DNA of 63,039 bases, filler included, from Octopus bimaculoides (lineage: Eukaryota), in NCBI RefSeq assembly GCF_001194135.2. It is 4 parts of 4 records of this genome, joined end to end, with 100 filler letters (N's around TTAATTAATTAA, not from the genome) between each part and the next. Parts side by side here need not be neighbours in the genome. Positions count along the whole stretch, not along the records: positions 33,354 to 56,052 come from NC_068983.1; 3 more parts are not named here. The stretch is one strand, 5' to 3'. Shown piece by piece: positions 37,429 through 50,900 of the stretch. The notes below the pieces were generated by a model. That model worked only from the letters and a program-made list of their open reading frames with translations. It searched no databases and was not told the DNA's origin. Made by a program: the position numbers and the translations under genes. Each line of letters starts with the position of its first letter. Positions within the stretch are counted from its first letter, which is position 1.

Positions 37429-39499
37429 CGAACAATATATACGTTTCTTTGCTTGCTGCAACGTACATATGTGAGGGCGTGTGCTAATCGTTCATCTTGT
37501 TCATATCTATCGTTATTTTCTTTTTTTCTTTTTGTGTGTGTTTGTCGTGAAATAAATATGATCTGCTCAGGAATTGAATCTGTTTTCTTTTTTTCATGTA
37601 AAATGTGTTTTTGAGGGATTGTTTTCTTTATATTTATTTTTTTTTTTTTTTTTTTTTTTTGTGGGGAGGGAGTATTGATCGTGGGAAAGCTTTGTTACGC
37701 TGTCGCATTTCTTTTTCTTTATGAATGACAGTAACAAACAAAATCGGTTTTAAGAATTGAAGTGGCTTTTCACGCTAACAAGAGAAAATGTAATACAATT
37801 AATTAAGTTCCTAACTTTATTTTGAAGTGATCCATTAAAAATGTTTGCTTCTCGTAGTTTCTCCCGGTAATAATCAATGATCTGGTGAGCTAGACGAAGA
37901 CTGTCTGACTTTCTATATTATACATAATACCATACCTTGACCCAATGTGGGCTGAGATTCGCGTTGGCGAGTTACGACTGTGTCATCTTTGCTACTTAAA
38001 GTCAGTTACACTGAATGCTTGTGATGTTAAATTGATGCAGGAGTTAGTACTGTTTCACAGTTTATATCAGGCGCAATATTCGAATCCTGTTGACAATGTT
38101 ACAACTGTTTTCTTTTTTATTATATCAGTTTAAAATTCATAAAGTAAAATGAATAATATTGGTAATGATAGCTGTTTCTGTATATGTACAAGACTATAAA
38201 ACATGAAAGCAGTCAAGTATGTCGATCTCAGTACTTGACTAGTACTTTATTTTATCGCGTTCGGAAGGATGAAAGGCAAAGTTAACTCAGTGGGATCTGA
38301 ATTACTTTCCTACAACGAGGACATGCTGGTTAATACTTTATCGTTAGTCTCTCACCAGCAAGTTTATAGTCAGTTCCTTTTGTGAAAACATTTGCGATCG
38401 AAATCGAATCATGCATAGAAAAACACTACGTTTTCGCTGCTTAAATTTACGATTCTGAACGCACGACTTTGTACTGAGAAAGCTGAAGACTTTTACTCTT
38501 TTTGGTTACATTTTAGTGTGGATCATTCTTCTTCATGAAGGGTATTTTCATTCTTTGCCGCCAGTTTGCTCTTCTCAAACTTTTCTTTCTCATCAGATGA
38601 TAGGGTGATAATACGTACTTATGCTTGCTGTGGGCATTGGGATAGGTATCAGGATCTCTGTCTGTTAGCTTTTAGTGTCAGGAAGAAGGTGACCTATTCT
38701 GTCATCTCTTAAACTGGGACTATTAGTGCTCTGAAGACTGGAACCTCAATTTGCTGATGTTGATCTTTGCTGCTTTTCCTTTTCTGCTATTCTAGTTCTT
38801 CAGGGCAACATTCCAAAAGTCAGTCTTGCTGCCACATTTGCAACAACTGGACTTTATGCCATACACCTTCAGTCTCATGCCCTTTAGTATCATATTCAGT
38901 CTTATACACCTTCAGTCTCATGGGATGATCTCCAGTATGACCCAAAAATTTCCAAGGGGAATTAGGTTTTGTAAGCCCATCCTGAACCCTTATTTCACGC
39001 GACAACACTTCTCTTTTTACCCCTACACTGATCTATCTACCACATTGTGATACAAAAAGGAAAATAAGTCAAAGTTCTATATCATAGTAGATGACACTGA
39101 CTAACACTTTTGTTTCTTTTGCCCCAAAACCAAGCTTCTCACTGCATTTTCTGTTTCGAACCCTAAGCAGACTACCCAGTAGGCCTTAAGGCGTTGCTTG
39201 GGAAGTAGTTCGTCTCATACATCGGATATAGCAATTCTCAAACTATTGTTTTGAGGGCAACTGAAAGCTTCCACTTCATTTTAGGATGTCCAAATACGTA
39301 ACTTTACTTTTTAACAAAACATGGATATAATGTTCACGAAAGGAAGGACCATGCAGTCTGATATAATTTTGACAGTCCATTACCTTCTCCTCGCATTTGA
39401 TTATATCAAGTCTTTCTGACTACGTGAGAATGATGTTGCTAAAAAACAAAAACATTGTTTATATTAGACATATTTTTAATAGAAGGGAGAAAATATAAG

Positions 39500-40085
39500 C
39501 AATATTGTTAGTGAATGCTGTAAGCTCGTACAACGCGAATATAAAAGGAGATACGACAATGTGGCCATATATATCCACTGGCTGTTGTGCGGTAAAGTAA
39601 ACCTCGTGAGAGTCGAACAATTGTATGAACACAAGCCAGAGGGAATAATGGAAAACGAACATTACAAAATGCTCTGGGATTTTAACATGCAGTGCGACAA
39701 AGTCATAAAGGCGAGACGACCAGATATCGTGCTCATCCATAAAGATGAAAAAGAAGTAAAGATAATAGATGTTGCAATACTAGGCGATTCGAGAGTGAAA
39801 TGTAAGGAAACAGAAAAGAGTGAGAAATACCAGCCACTGCGGAACGAGATAGGAAAGTTATGGGGCATGAGGAAATTAATGGTGATACTGGAGGTAATTG
39901 GAGCATTAGGAGCAGTTTCAAAGGGCTTTGAAACACATATCAAGAATATTGGAGCTGCTGTTAGGCTCAAAGTGATCCAGAAGACAGCATTGTTGGGTAC
40001 AGTTCGCATTCCAAGGAGAGTATTGTCTCTTTGAGTCACAGGAGAAGGGACTACTTGAAACCTTTGGTGATTTGTTATTGCTTGC
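39500..40085 (+). mobile_element. R4/Dong 3' fragment (CCHC remnant plus restriction-like endonuclease)
   Basis: IVSECCKLVQREYKRRYDNV, LWDFNMQCDKVIKARRPDIV, IIDVAI, EKYQPLRNEIGKLWGM and QKTALLGTVRI (PD-(D/E)xK type). Confidence 0.9.
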
Positions 40086-40267
40086 TTTCAAGAAGAAGAA
40101 GAAGAAGAAGGAGAAGGAGAAGAAGAAGAATAACAACAGCAAAGACAACAACAACAATAACAATATTAATAATAATAAACACGTGTCACCTTAGTCTGCT
40201 GGCTGTGGACAGCTGACACTTTCCATCATACCCAGCAAAATAAGATGTGAGTTTTCATATAATAACG

Positions 40268-40298
<31 letters not shown>

Positions 40299-40429
40299 CG
40301 ATTCTTAAGAAAATGACAAATCAAGAAAGCCCCAGGACCAGATAGTGTTCAGTGATTGTGGCTCTAATATCACACAAACATGCACAGTTATATACAACTG
40401 TTTTCTATTGGGTGTATAGAATATGGAAC

Positions 40430-41280
40430 ATTAACATGGATGACAAAGAGAGAACCGGAGTTAGTACAGAAGGACAAAGAAAAGGGAGGGTAGTTAGTGA
40501 CAATACGCTTATTACATGTTTATGATTGCTTTGGAAATTATTAGCAATTTCATAGCAGATAAAATATATAACTTTCGAGAGAAGAATTTATTGCCTGGAG
40601 AGCAAAAGAAGAACTGCTGATCTGCTGAATATCGATTGCTTTAGATTGAGTGACGAATAAAAAAGAACCTAGCTGTTGGTTGGGCACACCACAAGTAATC
40701 CTACGATATTGTACAAAACTGTTGGCTCCCAGGGTGGCTGGGGACCCTCGAGGTTAATGAGAAGATTAATGGCTATTTCTTTTAGAAAAAAGCTATAAAG
40801 TTGTGGGAAGTAAAACTAAAATGCAGAATCTTGTTGTGCCTAGAGAGGGTCATTATGCCAATAGAAATTAAAATAAACACACGCACTGATTCAATATCAC
40901 GTCTTTATTGTGTTTCCTTTATCATTAATTCTCTGTATTCTGTTCCAATGCTTGCCTCGGAAATTAATCATTAGAAAATATGAAAATACGCAGATGGGTA
41001 TTTCGAGAAGAAACGCTCTTTCCACTGCTTTTCCTCGTTGCATTAATATATCTGACAAATATACTTTGAAAATCGAAGCCTACCTATGAGCTTGATAATA
41101 CCAGAGTGAAAATTAATTGCCAGCAATATATGGATGACCTCAAAGTATACTCGGAAAAGAAAAAGAACTGATTTCTCTGATTGAAACAGGAAGAATAATC
41201 AACATGAATATTAGTATACAATTTTAAATTTTAAAAAATGTTTATTACGAAGAGAAGCTGAAAAATTATATCAGAGGATA
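40430..41280 (+). mobile_element. Heavily decayed R4/Dong reverse transcriptase
   Basis: Frameshifted traces QKDKEKG..ITCL..LWKLL..IADKIY..LLPGEQK and PLLFLVALI..KPTYEL..KIN...YMDDLKVYS. Confidence 0.7.
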
Positions 41281-42332
41281 GAAAAATACCTCAAGAGATT
41301 ATTTCTCAGGTACACCAGTTGCATGAATAAGACTGTGCGTGAGGTACTTTTCTAGCCATAAGTAAAACAAAAACAAGTAAGTGCAGTTTTATGATTGCTT
41401 CGGCAAAGCAGAGGTCAAACCTATCGTCTGAGGCGCTGTTTAGCCTGAAGTTGAAGATTGAACCATACCTCCAACAACTTAACTAGTCCGTCGGTCCAGG
41501 ATTCCTTCACGGTGAACTGTGTCATTCATGAATATACATCACCAAGAGACAAGCAGCAAACCCACTGAACTATCCTGTTTAATCTTTGGATCCCGTCACC
41601 GTCTTGAAGTTCTTCAAAGTTTTAGGTCCACCACTGTCATGATTCTAACATCCACTGTCATAAAACGATAGAACAAACGGTAAGTCCATTCAGTTCGATT
41701 GTTATTGTTTGTAGACTGCATCAGCGAAACAAAACAAAATAAATTTGGGTACTTTGCTTTCTTTGTTGGTTTGAGTAAGAGCTACACTGTCCATAGCTTT
41801 ATAAGTCTAACCTAGTCGGTAGAGACGACTGGGTAGCATTGATGTAAGCAAGATGTTTGAGTTTAGTCTTTAAATTGAAGAACAAATATATGGACAAGGA
41901 GTTGGTTCTAGTAAGTTATAATAAATATGTTTAGAAGACTGTATAGGGGGGTCATAAAGCAACACAGGGATTGGTGATAAAAATAAATCAGTGAGTCCAG
42001 TGACCTTAAATTGCGTATAGCATGTAAATGAAAAGATTATAAGCGTAGGTACGTAGCACCGATTTTATGGCATTCATCGGATAAAGCATAGATCTTACAC
42101 TGGAAGGATACCTTGCTATAATTGGTAAAATTCTGGGAGCATATTGGTAAACTGAAGTAAGATCGAATAACGTCATCTGTATAGAAATTCATCGAAACCC
42201 TTTGAGCTTATATGAACTCATGACTTATAGGATTATTATTTCAGCTACCTAGTGCACGTGTACAGACAGACAGACAGACACACGCACGCACGCACGCACG
42301 TACGCACGCACGCACGCACGCACGCACACACA

Positions 42333-42378
<46 letters not shown>

Positions 42379-43189
42379 AATATTTTTTCTTGTCCTCTCC
42401 CTTTGCATCTGTTTATTATTCCTCTTAATGTACCTGTCCGATGGTATATCCCTCTGCCTGTCTGTCTGTCTGTTTGTCAGTCTGTCTATCTGTCTGTTTA
42501 TCTGTCTAGTCTGATCTGGTCTGGTCTGTCTATTTCTTACTCGTCCCAGTATAATATGATATAAGTTATATTAAAAACAAGATATTACAATATTATTGTA
42601 GACTGGCAAATAATGAAGACTAAAACAACCAGAGGGAATCATAGTTTGTGTTTGGATTAGGATATTCATGAAATTGCTTATTTCATTAACGAAAAGATAA
42701 AATAGATTTGAAGTCTTGACCATCACTTTTACAATCAATATTACCATTGCATTTCCCATCTCGAGTTCCCTATTCAGACAATTTCTGTTCAAATAATTAC
42801 TCCGTTTGCTTTCTTTTTCATTTTAATCCTTGTTTCCTTTCCATTCTCTTCTATCATCGTATTTTTCACTGTTCTCTTGCGTCTTACTTTTCTCTCTTTT
42901 GTTGGTTTTTGTTTTCTCATTGTCTTCTACCCAACTGCGTCTCTCTCCCTCCCTCATTTCTTGAATACACATACTTCTCTTTAGGTAGCATATCAAACCT
43001 ACAATTATATTGTGTAGCAAGATTTTTATCCTTGGGTAGCAATTATTATTCTCTATTTAGTTACCCCTAGAAAGTATTGTTACATTCACTCAAACCCCAA
43101 AGAATGCTTAGTGAAATTGTTTGTCAGAGAGTACAACTGGAAAAGAAGTTCCAGCGGAGAGTCGAACTCATGTACGTAATCCATTAGTA

Positions 43190-43370
43190 TGTAATCGTCA
43201 TTTTTCATGTCAGTCCCACAAAGAACCCCTCTCAACACATGGCTATGATGTGATGTTCCCCCACTACTCCTGCTCATGACCAGAGATGCACATATTGTCA
43301 GCCACTAAGCGACATGCTCAAGTGGTTAAAGTCAAGTAACTGACAAGCAAATCTTTGGTATTGAGCAGAA
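43190..43370. mobile_element. Family D repeat fragment (reverse orientation)
   Basis: Reverse complement of the 21490-21640 segment. Confidence 0.7.
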
Positions 43371-45569
43371 AAGTTGCTATAATGATATTTCTACCTCAGC
43401 AACTCAATGATGAATCTATCTGAAATGTAATGGAAAAAAGTCAGTTTGAAAATATTGACACCGAGGTCACAAAAGCAAAGACTGAAGGGAATAATGGTCA
43501 TTTCCTCTGATTTCTAGATTGAAGCAAAAAATAACCAAAGACAAAAAAAAAAAAAGACCAAAAATGTTGTTAGGCAGGAATGTAGTATCTGTAACTGCAG
43601 TAAAGATAGCCAGTAAAGCAATAGAATAGTAGAGACTATCATTCCAAAAAGATTTTAAAATATGATGAAAATGAAAAAGAAAAAAAAAATGAGAGGGAAA
43701 TCTTAGGTATTTCTCATTTTACATTACCTGTCGGCAGGTTGTTTAACACAAAGACAAGTACTTAGGTAAAATTAAAGAAAAAGAAAAGAAACATTTGTAA
43801 TTTGGAACAGTTGGATATTAAATATATTTCATTACAAATCGCATCTTCCTTTGAAAGCATCATTTGTTGTTTAGAGATAGACATACACTCACCTGCAGTT
43901 GTTATCTTTATAGTTAACACATAAAATAATTGCGCACTTCAGCGAGAAGACACAATCCTGATGTCGACAAAAAGCTCTTAACTTTCTGATAATAATAAAA
44001 ATAACAATAACAACAACGACAACGACAACCATGACGATGATGATGATGATGATCGTGGTAACTTTTAATGCTTTGTTCTCGCTTATTTTGTTCCAGTTAA
44101 TCCCTTGTTCTGTTAATCCTATTCTACAATGAAATGCCATACAAAAGCATCTCTGGTGACATGAAGACTTTCATGTTTTGAAATTGTCGCCAATAATGCA
44201 GCCTCCGGATATTACTACTACTATTGATAGATTGGAGTTCTTTCACCTGTCAATTTCTGTAATAACTGATTGTTTTCTGATTTTATACTGACGTTCTGGA
44301 AGTCTAAAATGTAATCTTCTTCGTTCAGAATCGTAAACATCTTCATCTATCTTTTGCTTTTATTTTTTTCTTTTATTAATTATTTTATCGACCTTTGTCA
44401 CGTTATCTCATTCTTCCTTGACATTTAGATATTGTCTCACTTTCCGGGTTAACTTATTTACACATTCATGCTGTTCCTTTTCAAATTGCTTTAAATGAGA
44501 TGTTAATTTACTTTGCTTAATGGGTATGTCGCGATCACAATACTCTGTTTCCGGTGAACCAAGTAAACCACAAGGTTTCAATTTCAAACTAGAAATATTT
44601 CACTTTATGTACCAATGAACCTATTATTACAACTGTTATGTAAGAGATTATGATAATATATGACTCTCATGGTTTTCTTAAGGGCATTGCAGACTAATGT
44701 GTTTAAGAAAGCAAGAAAAAGTTTTATTTGTATTCTCTCTAATAACAGTTGTAATAACAGGCTGATGTAAGAAGTCAATTTATTTCAAACTCAGTCCACA
44801 AAACCACATCACTATACACCCGTGGAACCTACGTGTCTAAACTACGTGCACCAACAACATACCTCAATGATGACACTGATTCACGTACACACACACACAA
44901 ACACACACACACACACACACACGCTTACACACGGGTATGCACAAGCGCATGCGCTTACTCTTTCACACACCCATCCAAACACACGCACACGCACAGACAC
45001 AGACATATACACACACACTTACCCACAGATATGCACAAGTGCACGCGCTTACTCTTTCATACACCCATACAAACACACGCTCACACATACGCATACACAC
45101 ACACACACACACCAGAATATTCCTATATTATCAACGTACACAACTCTACTTATAGAGTCATAAGAAAATATTTACACACAACAATACACACAAACGGACA
45201 TCAACATTAACTCACAGAACTACGTAATATGTGTTTAACTAACCCGAAATATCAACACAAGAACAGCATCTCACACGTCCACTATTTGTCTACCCCCCCC
45301 CCTCTGTAACATCAACTCATGCCTAAGTATTCACAAGTGCCAACATAGACATCAACTTTACGCATGAACATCACTGCAGCAGCAACTCGCAAGGCTGCTA
45401 CATGTTTAACTATTACGACCACGCAGCAAATATACATACAACCACGACCACAAATGAAATACTTATTTAGGAAAGTGGGTTATACATCATTAGATGTACA
45501 CCTGACTTTCCTATATTAAATTAGGAATTGAACGGAACGCAGAACTCCAAACTGATCAACAACAACAAT

Positions 45570-46128
45570 ATTTATTTAAAGAGGTAAAATGGACAGCCTC
45601 CAATTGTCCGGTTTCTGAGTAGCTTCCTGTGAGAAAGTCTGGTTGCTGAGACGTCTGAATGTAGATGTACTGTCCCTAGAGTTGAATCGTTGGAGAGACA
45701 ACTTGCTTCGACTACACTCAATGAGAGAGCTTGTTGAGACGTCTTGCTTGTTCGCTGTCTGGTGTGGTAAGAGACAGAATAGAAGCGGGAACGCTTGGAT
45801 GTTGAAATCCACGNNNNNNNNNNNNNNNNNNNNNNNNNNNNNNNNNNNNNNNNNNNNNNNNNNNNNNNNNNNNNNNNNNNNNNNNNNNNNNNNNNNNNNN
45901 NNNNNNNNNNNNNAGATGTACTGTCCCTAGAGTTGAATCGTTGGAGAGACAACTTGCTTCGACCACACTCAATGAGAGAGCTTGTTGAGACGTCTTGCTT
46001 GTTCGCTGTCTGGCGTGGTAAGAGACAGAATAAAAGCGGGAACGCTTGGATGTTGAAATCCACGCATGCGTGGTTAAAGATGCAGTAATGGCGACTATGC
46101 CTTTTTGGCGCCATATGACGTCACTACA
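45570..46128 (-). mobile_element. Possible solo LTR
   Basis: Minus strand begins TGTAGTGACGTCA and contains AATAAA near the far end. No TSD or terminal CA was confirmed. Confidence 0.3.
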
Positions 46129-46514
46129 CTTACATAGTATTCTGCAGACAAACCTGCATAACTATATCAACCTCACATCAGTCACTTAGAAATCTGGCTC
46201 CACCTGGTCGTAGAAAAAGAAGCACCTTTCAAATCCCCTGTGTGCCTTGTTATTACTAACACAAATGATCATCAAATACGACCAACAATAAAAAAAAGTT
46301 ACATTCTACAAGAGACACCACCTGGAAATTGACAAAATCTACAAAAAGGAAAAAGACAAAACGAAAAAGAAGAAAATGTAGTCATATTCCGTAGAGCACA
46401 ATAGAACTCTAAGTGTCGCATTCTACCTAAAAAGCCAACACGGATCATCATGTTCTAATAAATAAAGCAAAAAACTACTGCAAAATTCCACCAAATACAG
46501 CAAATAGTAAACTT

Positions 46515-48630
46515 CAAGTTCTACCAAACACAACAATTACTGAATATCACATAATATCTAACACTAAAAACACCGACTGTCACATTCTACCAATCACTGA
46601 AATACTAATTGACATATTCTTATTTCTATTTCTTTATTGCCCACAAGGGACTAAACATAGAGGGGACAAACAAGGACAGACAAAGGGATTAAGTCGATTA
46701 CATCTACCCCAGTGCATATCTGGTACTTAATTTATCGACCGCGAAAGGATGAAAGGCAAAGTGGACCTCGGCGGAATTTGAACTCAGAACGTAACGGCAG
46801 ACGAGCATTTCGCCCAGCGTGCTAACGTTTCCGCCAGCTCGCCGCCTGATTGACATACTCTATCAAAAGAAAGTAATTGACTGTCAAATTGCAGCAATCT
46901 AACTTTGCCTATCGTATTCTACCAAACACAACAAATATTGACTGTTTACATTTTGTCAAACACACACAAAAAATATACTGGTCGTCACATTCTACTAAAT
47001 GCAACAACGACTAACACATTGTACAAAAAATAATAAACACTGTCTCTCGAATTATAAAAAAAACCCACAAGGACCACTGAGTATTACATTCTACCAAACA
47101 CCACGCTGTTACATTCTACTGAACATGATAAACATTGACTGTTATATTCTACCAAACACAATACACACTGACTGTCACATTTTTACGAAGAAAGCACGTC
47201 TGCTTCTTGCATTCTTTCAAGCACAATAAACATCGAGTGTCACATGCTACCAAATACAATAAACAATGCTACACTATCAAACACAATGCACAATAACTGT
47301 CACATTCTTACGAAAAAGCACTCTGTTTCGCGCATTCTATCAAACACACACACACGCACGCACAGTCACAAAACAAACAAACAAACAAAAAAAAACGAGT
47401 GTCACATTCTACCAAACACAGAAAACAATATCTGTTACATTATATGAAGCAAAATGTCTTCAGGATGGTACATTCTACTAAAGGAGTCAAAGAGTAAGTG
47501 CAACATTCTGCTATACATCCCATACCCTGCCTGCCACAATCTATCAAACACAGAAAACAGTGATGCTCACAATTTCTCAAACAATAAACGCTGAGTAACA
47601 TGATGCCAAACACTACAAACCCTGACTGCCACTTTCAAGTAAACTCATCAAACACTGAGTGTTACCTTCTACCAAACACGACAAACACTCACATTCTAAC
47701 AAACATGACACGCTGACTTACATTCACCAACTTTGGCAAACACTGACGGTTGCACTCCACCAAACTGCAAACATTGACAGTTGTATTCTATCAGACACAA
47801 TAAACACTGACAATTATATTCTACCATATGCAACAAAACCTGACTGTCACATTCTATCAGACACAACAAATACTGACAATTACATTCGAACAAAAACAGC
47901 ACACAGAAATAGTTACATTCTACAAAACACGGCAAACACCGACTGCTACGTTCTACAAAACACGGCAAACACCGACTGTTACATTCTACCTAACACAAGA
48001 ACGCAGTAACTATCACATTTTAAAAACTACCAGTACTGACTGTTTCATTCTACCAAACACAACAGACACTATCACATCCTACCAAACACTACGAACACTG
48101 ACTTTTACGTTCTACCAAATGCAACAAATACTAACAAGTGCATTCTACCAAACACACCACACACTGACTTTATATTCCATCAAATGCAACAAAAATTGTC
48201 ACATTCTACTAATTTTTACGAACACTGTCAAATTCTAGCAAACACAAAAAACGCTTGCATTCAACCAAATAGAACACAGAATGTTACATTCTGCCAAACA
48301 CAACAAACACTGCCACATTCCACCAGACACAATAAACACTGACTGTTACGTTCCATGAAACACAACAAACACAGGCTGTTATATTCTGCCAAACACGAAC
48401 AAATGTTGACTGTTACCTCCTACAATGGCATCAAACTCTGACTATCGAATTCTACCAAACATAACAAAAACTGATTGTCGCATTCTACCAAACACAAGAA
48501 AGACTGTACCAAGCACTGATTACTATATTCTACCAAACACAACAAACATTGACTGTAACATTCCGCCAAAAATATCAAACGCTGTCACATTTTACCAAAC
48601 ATCTAAAACATTGACTGTCACATTCTTCCA
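46515..48630. repeat. Degenerate ~33-bp minisatellite array
   Basis: Dozens of variants of AAACACTGACTGTCACATTCTACCAAACACAAC. Confidence 0.85.
46621..46848 (-). mobile_element. Near full-length SINE family A with TSD
   Basis: tRNA-like head (AGGCGGCGAGCTGGCGGAAACGTTAGC, B-box GTTCAAATTCC) and an A-rich tail. TSD ATTGACATA(T/C)TCT at 46608-46620 and 46849-46861. Confidence 0.85.
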
Positions 48631-49565
48631 TATATAGTAACACCTGTCTGCCAGTCACATCCTCCGCAACATATCTTGACTGCTTTAATACACCCGTTTT
48701 ATCACAACCTGGTTACCACATTTTATTCTGCAAAGCGTGCACTAACTCCCGCACTACGTCCCCACGCAACATACATTGACTTCTAATCACACTCACACGA
48801 CTTACACTAGCCGTTTGATTTCACTCCATACAGCCTACTCACATCACTTATTCTCCGCCACTACCTGATGTGGCAACAACAATAATAACAATACCAGATT
48901 TACTGTTGTAACAATAACAATGAAAATAACATTGTATTGTGACAGCAATACATATATCATCGAGTATCTGACATCCGGGACCTTGACTGCTGTGTAAACG
49001 AAAAGAGGGAGACGGAGAGAGACTGAGATAGAGACAGGTAAATAAAGAAACTGATAGAGTGAGTGAGAGAGGGAGAGAGAGTAGAAGTGGGCGGGGATAA
49101 GCTGCACCCACGCTCTTTCATATATAGAGGTGTGGCTATGACTATGTAGGGGGGCGGAGATAACGTTGTGTATGTGTGGGAGGCGTTAGCGGTGTATTTG
49201 CGTGTGAGGGTGACATAGAGATGTGTGCGTGTTTTTGCATATGTGTCTGTATGTGTTTATATAAGTGAAAGTGACACGTCTCTGTGTATATGTATGCGTG
49301 CGTGTCTATGTGTAAAGGCTTATGCCAGTATATGTGTATGTGTGTAAAAGCCTATGCCACTGTGTGTGTGTATGTGTGTAAAGACTCACGCTAGTGTGTG
49401 TGTGCGCACGCGCGCGTTTGTGTGTGTGTGTGTGTGTGTGTGAGAGTGCGTGCAAAATGAACAACGTAATGTATCAGTGTGGGTGTGTGAGTCAGGTTCG
49501 ATATGTACATGTGTGTGCTGCCATCGATTAATATTTCATGCGCATGTATGTGTGTATGTATGTGC

Positions 49566-49601
<36 letters not shown>

Positions 49602-49939
49602 GTACTTATGTATGTATGCATGCATGAGAGATTATACGCACACGCACACGTACACGTACATATATATGTATATATATATGTGTGTGTGTGTGTGTCTCTC
49701 TTTCTCTCTCTCTCTATATATATAATACACACACATGCACACACACGCACACACACATATTTAGTAGTATATACATGTATGCATATACGTATGTGTTCAG
49801 TTATATGCGTTGTATACCCGTGCGTGTGTGCGTATGTACGTGTCAGTGAGGGAATGTGTAGGCGCATGAAACGTCCATTCCATTTGTCACTACTGATCAC
49901 ACATTAACTACATTACTCATTAGACATACCACCACAAGT

Positions 49940-49973
<34 letters not shown>

Positions 49974-50559
49974 GTGTGTGTGTGTGTGTGTGATCGTGCG
50001 TATGCGAGCGGTACTCATGCATGCACGCAACACTGGCATAAACGAATGAAAGGTTAAGTTCTTTTCGTGTTCGTGAGGTTCAGGGTTCGGTTACAGTGTT
50101 ACACCACGAGCAAAAGATTTCTATCCTAGCTTCTTGTGGACCCAAGCATTGTGAGTGAAAAAGTGTCCAGTGAATTCTGTGAAATTCCTTCGGAAGGGTT
50201 CCAAACCATGTCTTAACACCCATCGTATCACGCTAACGTTGGCTGTATGGTTAAGTAGTTCACTTCGCATTCACGTGGTATCAAGTTCAGTTCCATTGCG
50301 CTGAAACCCCTGGGCAAAATGTTTTTACTATAGCGTCGGACCACAGCACATAGTCTGCTTTCATTTACCTTACTACATTTTTCATGTGTTTGAAGCTACG
50401 GAACTGGCAACATTTTATCCTCGCAAATGGGCAGAAAATCCCATCTCTCCACTACGAACCTATTTGATCCTTAATTAGATATCTGATAAACGTGTCACCC
50501 AGGTACATCTTTTATTTTTGTTTCAATCATTAGACTGCACCCATGATGGGGCATCGCCT

Positions 50560-50652
50560 TTTTTAGCCGAATGAATCGATCCCAGTCTAGGTTACGAGGA
50601 CGTAAACACATTAACACCGGTTGTCAAGCGATGGCGGAGGATAAACAGATAT

Positions 50653-50686
<34 letters not shown>

Positions 50687-50900
50687 ACACACGCACACGC
50701 ACACGCACACGCACACGCACACGCACGCACACACACGACGGTCTTCTTTCAGATTCCGTCTACCAAATCCACTCACAATGCTTTGGTCGGTCCGAGGCTA
50801 CAGTAAAAGATACTTGCTCATGGTGTCACGCAGTAGGACTGAACCAGGCACCATGTAGTTGGGAAGCAAGTTTCTAACCACACAGGCACGCCTGCGCTTA
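50560..50900. mobile_element. SINE family C with internal (CA) microsatellite
   Basis: Similar to 11520-11660; reverse-oriented copies near 50240-50340 and 59740-59890. Confidence 0.7.

Noticed and set aside
41700-42790. Possible very decayed CR1/L2 RT on the minus strand (YTDD-like)
   Set aside because: Only scattered residues; needs a profile HMM search.
46515-48630. CRISPR-like array
   Set aside because: Units are degenerate and tandem with no unique spacers, the context is eukaryotic, and no cas genes are present.
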